NCBI GenBank assembly: GCA_028285315.1
Contig: JANQPU010000030.1
Span: 1 to 23,062, forward strand
Source: Acaryochloris sp. IP29b_bin.176
GTDB lineage: Bacteria > Cyanobacteriota > Cyanobacteriia > Thermosynechococcales > Thermosynechococcaceae
Reading direction: 5' to 3'
Length of the DNA: 23,062 bases
Translations under genes and position numbers: made by a program
In this document: positions 20,048 to 23,062 of the stretch, piece by piece
Layout of the letters: the number at the start of each line of letters is the position of its first letter
How positions within the stretch are numbered: the stretch's first letter is position 1
The notes under the pieces: model-generated
The model's database searches: none
Told to the model about the DNA's origin: nothing
What the model saw: only the letters and a program-made list of their open reading frames with translations

Positions 20048-20569
20048 ATGGTTAGCAATTTCCTAAACACCAAAACTCAAGGTGCCAAGCCCTATTGGAA
20101 TCTCCAACAAAGTGACGAAGCCCTGCGAGCAAAATGGATCCACTCAACCCAAGCTCTACACTCAACCTCACAAAACCGCGATCATGTCAAAATTGCGTGT
20201 TCTGATAATGTTCGGTTAAGTACAACAACCGATACCCCCTCTCTCGGGGAGCTGATCGCTCTCTCTTGCCATCGTGTGGTTTCGTATATCCAGATGTCTC
20301 GCTTTCTGCCCATCTATGTCAAACAAGCTTGGATTCGGCAGATTAGAGTAATTGATTTAGATCGCTGGCAAGCTGGGTTAGCCATTCTTGAAGAATTATA
20401 TTTCGATCACCGCTGCGCCCAGACAGACTATCGCCCAGGGCATGACATCTTTGATTACAATGCCAACGAGAACCAGGATTTCAATGCAGAGATGACTTGT
20501 ATTGAGCATGAACTCAACACCATTGAGATAATTCTCAAATATGTGGAGGCATCCGCAGACGCAGTCTAG
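20048..20569 (+). CDS. Hypothetical protein
   Basis: 173 aa ORF with a plausible RBS (GGGAGAAGATTAAATG) and protein-like composition. No family recognised. Confidence 0.6.
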   Translation: MVSNFLNTKTQGAKPYWNLQQSDEALRAKWIHSTQALHSTSQNRDHVKIACSDNVRLSTTTDTPSLGELIALSCHRVVSYIQMSRFLPIYVKQAWIRQIRVIDLDRWQAGLAILEELYFDHRCAQTDYRPGHDIFDYNANENQDFNAEMTCIEHELNTIEIILKYVEASADAV

Positions 20570-20616
20570 GGTATCAGCTACGACAGGACAAATCTAGTGC
20601 TGTAGATTAATGTGCA

Positions 20617-20802
20617 ATGCGAAAATCCTCGACTCTGATTCATAACCTCCTGATTTTAGTCGGCTTATCAATATTATTGTCTTCATTCATCTTTCCGCTC
20701 TCCTGTGGCAACTTACCCTGGTGGCTATCCCTAATCATTCCTTTCTTTGGCGTAGTAGAAAACGAAGAAAATTTCATGAAGCAATTGCATGAATTCGATT
20801 AA
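20617..20802 (+). CDS. Possible small hydrophobic hypothetical protein
   Basis: 61 aa with a signal/TM-like N-terminus; overlaps the 3' end of the convergent GT10 gene. Confidence 0.25.
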   Translation: MRKSSTLIHNLLILVGLSILLSSFIFPLSCGNLPWWLSLIIPFFGVVENEENFMKQLHEFD

Positions 20803-21739
20803 CAATATTGTCAAGCATTTTTTGGCGTTTCTGCTTTAATTCCTCGCGATTTTTAGATAAAAAGTTGTAGGCATTAATACAAAGGTTCAGGCGATCAATA
20901 TATTCATCCTTAGTCATATTTATAATAAAATCAAATACAGACTCAAATGGATGAAACTCAGAAACATCTATAAAACTATTTCTAGGGAAAGTCTCATAGA
21001 TTCGGTTATGTTTTCCAAAATAAATTGGAAGGCAGCCCCCTGCAATACTATCCCAGATTTTTTCAGTACAATAATAGTCATAGTTGGTATTTTCAAGGCA
21101 TAAATTGAATTTATATTTTTTCAGGATATCTTGCTTTCGATTATGCCATTCACTGCCTCGTGAATCTTCTATGGATAACCCATTTGGCCACCCCTTCCCA
21201 TATATATCAAGAAGACCTTGCCGATGACCAATAAGACCTAGTTTCTGCCGAATTTCAGTCAAATTAATGTCACGACCATCTTTAGGTAAAGAATGTTTTT
21301 TAGGTTGATTAATATACGAACTCAAAAAAACAATACATCGCCTTTTAGTTAGAATAACTGAATTGCTTGACTTGTCTATTAATGGAATACTTTCCCGAAT
21401 TGCCCATGAATATATTGTGTAGTTACTAATATGAATATCGCCTGTATAGACATTCATGATATGAAAACTTGGCAATAATGGATAGGATCTTAATTGAGAA
21501 CTATGATGTGTATCAAATCGAGGCTCATGAGTCCAAAGAAGAATTGGACGGTCGCCATAGTACAGCTTTAAAAGAATTCTATGCTGTATTCCTGAATAAC
21601 GACGAGTAATAAAGAGATCGCATTCGCTAGCACGATCTGTGAATTCAATATCTTGCTTTCTGAAGAAATTATTTGCCGTTTTATTCTTGCTGCTAAAAGG
21701 AGTGTTATCCATTGAATCTAAGCGGTATAACTTGATCAT
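20774..21739 (-). CDS. Glycosyltransferase family 10 (fucosyltransferase)-like protein
   Basis: YKFNLCLENTNYDYYCTEKIWDSIAGGCLPIYFG is the characteristic GT10 C-terminal donor-binding motif. Confidence 0.87.
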   Translation of the reverse strand: MIKLYRLDSMDNTPFSSKNKTANNFFRKQDIEFTDRASECDLFITRRYSGIQHRILLKLYYGDRPILLWTHEPRFDTHHSSQLRSYPLLPSFHIMNVYTGDIHISNYTIYSWAIRESIPLIDKSSNSVILTKRRCIVFLSSYINQPKKHSLPKDGRDINLTEIRQKLGLIGHRQGLLDIYGKGWPNGLSIEDSRGSEWHNRKQDILKKYKFNLCLENTNYDYYCTEKIWDSIAGGCLPIYFGKHNRIYETFPRNSFIDVSEFHPFESVFDFIINMTKDEYIDRLNLCINAYNFLSKNREELKQKRQKMLDNIVNRIHAIAS

Positions 21740-21828
21740 TAATAACCTCTCAATCGCATAAAAACTCGGAGGGTGTCTAATGTCTTGACGAAAACCGATA
21801 GTCTAACAGGGTTGTTTTAAATTAGCAG

Positions 21829-21948
21829 CTAGAAAATAACATCAACCCGATTAGCAAGCTTCTGCAGAGCAGTTTTGAGGGATTTATAGCCTTGTAATCG
21901 CAGGAGATTAATCACTATCGTTCTAAGCAATGACCAGTTAATACCAAT
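21829..21948 (-). pseudogene. Probable transposase C-terminal remnant, family uncertain
   Basis: Manual reverse translation: IGINWSLLRTIVINLLRLQGYKSLKTALQKLANRVDVIF*, resembling the C-terminal helices of DDE transposases. Confidence 0.45.
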
Positions 21949-22005
21949 TCAGCATATGTGTGACTTGTATTATGGGGATTGATAGTTGATGCTTGTTAAT
22001 CCCTT

Positions 22006-22497
22006 ATGCCCAGACCGTTACGCATCGAAATCTCCGAAAGTGAAGACACGCTTAAACGCTTGTTACGCCAACAATCCTCCGGTCGTCGCAAAGAACGCTT
22101 GCAAGCCCTGTACTGGCTCAAAAGTGGTCAAGTGAACACTCGCATGGAGTTAGCAACCCTGACCGGGCGAGGGGAGTCCACGGTGTATCGCTGGCTCAAA
22201 CTGTATAAAGCAGGTGGATTACAGACCATGCTAGAGATTCCCACCTCTCCTGGTAAGCCCCCCATGATTGGCGGAGAAGCTCTCGAAAAGCTGAAAGCTC
22301 GTCTGGCTGAACCGAGAGGCTTTGAAAGCTATGGCGCTATCCAACAATGGCTTCTAGATGCGTGTGGATTAGAAGTGCCCTACAAAACCGTCCATCAAAC
22401 CGTGCATTATCGGCTCAAAGCCAAGCTCAAAGTTCCTCGGCCTCGGTCACGCAAGACGGATGAAACTCAACAACAAGCCTATAAAAAAACTTCCTGA
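22006..22497 (+). CDS. IS630 family transposase N-terminal (HTH) part
   Basis: RKERLQALYWLKSGQVNTRMELATLTGRGESTVYRWLKLYKAGG; LEVPYKTVHQTVHYRLKAKLKVPRP. Confidence 0.88.
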   Translation: MPRPLRIEISESEDTLKRLLRQQSSGRRKERLQALYWLKSGQVNTRMELATLTGRGESTVYRWLKLYKAGGLQTMLEIPTSPGKPPMIGGEALEKLKARLAEPRGFESYGAIQQWLLDACGLEVPYKTVHQTVHYRLKAKLKVPRPRSRKTDETQQQAYKKTS

Positions 22498-23062
22498 TGC
22501 CATTGAGGTGATGACCCGCTATTTTGCCCAAGGGCAACCTGCGCGCTACTGGTGCATGGATGAAAGTCGTTGGGGCCTCAAGACCCTCACGGGTCGGGTC
22601 CTGACTCTGCGCGGTGTGAAACCTGTCGTGACGGTACAGTGGCCCCGAGAGGCATTCTGGCTGTATGGAGCCATTGAACCTCAGACAGGAGAGCGTTTCT
22701 TCTATCGTTTTTCGCATCTTGATGGGGTGTGCTTTGAGCGCTTCCTTGAGCAATTCAGCTTCGCCTTTCCCCAAAGTTTGAATCTGATGCCAATCGATCA
22801 AGCCACAGCTCATATGGCGACTTGGATTCGATGGCCTGAGAATGTGTTGCCGATTGTGCAACCATCCCATAGTCCAGAACTCAATCCAGCGGAGCGCTTA
22901 TGGCAGGACTTGAGAAAGCGATTCAAAGGCAAAAACTTTGAGTCTATTGGGGCACTGGAGACAGCTTTGTTTGTGCAAATCAGTACCCTCTCTAAGAAGG
23001 TGGTGGCTTCTCTAACGGGATATTCTTATATCTTGGACGCCTTGGCTATACAGGTCACCTAA
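22460..23062 (+). CDS. IS630 family transposase C-terminal (DDE) part
   Basis: CMDESRWGL...; LMPIDQATAH; PSHSPELNPAERLWQDLRKRF. It joins ORF A at an A7 run. Confidence 0.9.
   Translation: MKLNNKPIKKLPDAIEVMTRYFAQGQPARYWCMDESRWGLKTLTGRVLTLRGVKPVVTVQWPREAFWLYGAIEPQTGERFFYRFSHLDGVCFERFLEQFSFAFPQSLNLMPIDQATAHMATWIRWPENVLPIVQPSHSPELNPAERLWQDLRKRFKGKNFESIGALETALFVQISTLSKKVVASLTGYSYILDALAIQVT

Larger units (their letters stand above)
22006..23062 (+). mobile_element. IS630-family insertion sequence, transposase-coding part only; right terminus lies beyond the window
   Basis: HTH/winged-helix ORF followed by an overlapping DDE ORF; TIRs not resolved. Confidence 0.85.

Noticed and set aside
1-23062. 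Search for CRISPR arrays, tRNA/rRNA genes, retron or toxin-antitoxin-like modules
   Set aside because: No regularly spaced direct repeats, no tRNA-like cloverleaf with a GTTCGA-type T-loop, and no reverse transcriptase or toxin/antitoxin-like ORF recognised by eye. The defence-system hypothesis is unsupported.

Overview
This 23 kb window looks like a cyanobacterial chromosome segment, possibly Acaryochloris-like. That is inferred from protein sequence style and at least ten HIP1 octamers, not from any search. From left to right it holds a decayed Rieske/pheophorbide-a-oxygenase-like gene, small genes (DUF4079-like, GFA family, ubiX, VanZ, VOC, MOSC) and uvrA. These are followed by a rhomboid protease, ndhE-ndhG-ndhI-ndhA, gltA, sixA, a DUF3288-type gene, serC and an alpha/beta hydrolase. 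The right side holds a GH1 beta-glucosidase pseudogene, a kinase-fold protein lacking all canonical catalytic residues, a GT10 fucosyltransferase-like gene, a transposase remnant and an IS630-family element. I see no convincing new multi-gene defence or biosynthetic system. The strongest direct observations are: (1) a ~100 bp MITE-like element in two copies, one of which interrupts the beta-glucosidase remnant with an exact 8-bp target duplication; (2) a predicted pseudokinase; (3) a Rieske oxygenase gene broken by a 1-nt insertion and an in-frame stop; (4) several probable coding fragments missing from the ORF track.
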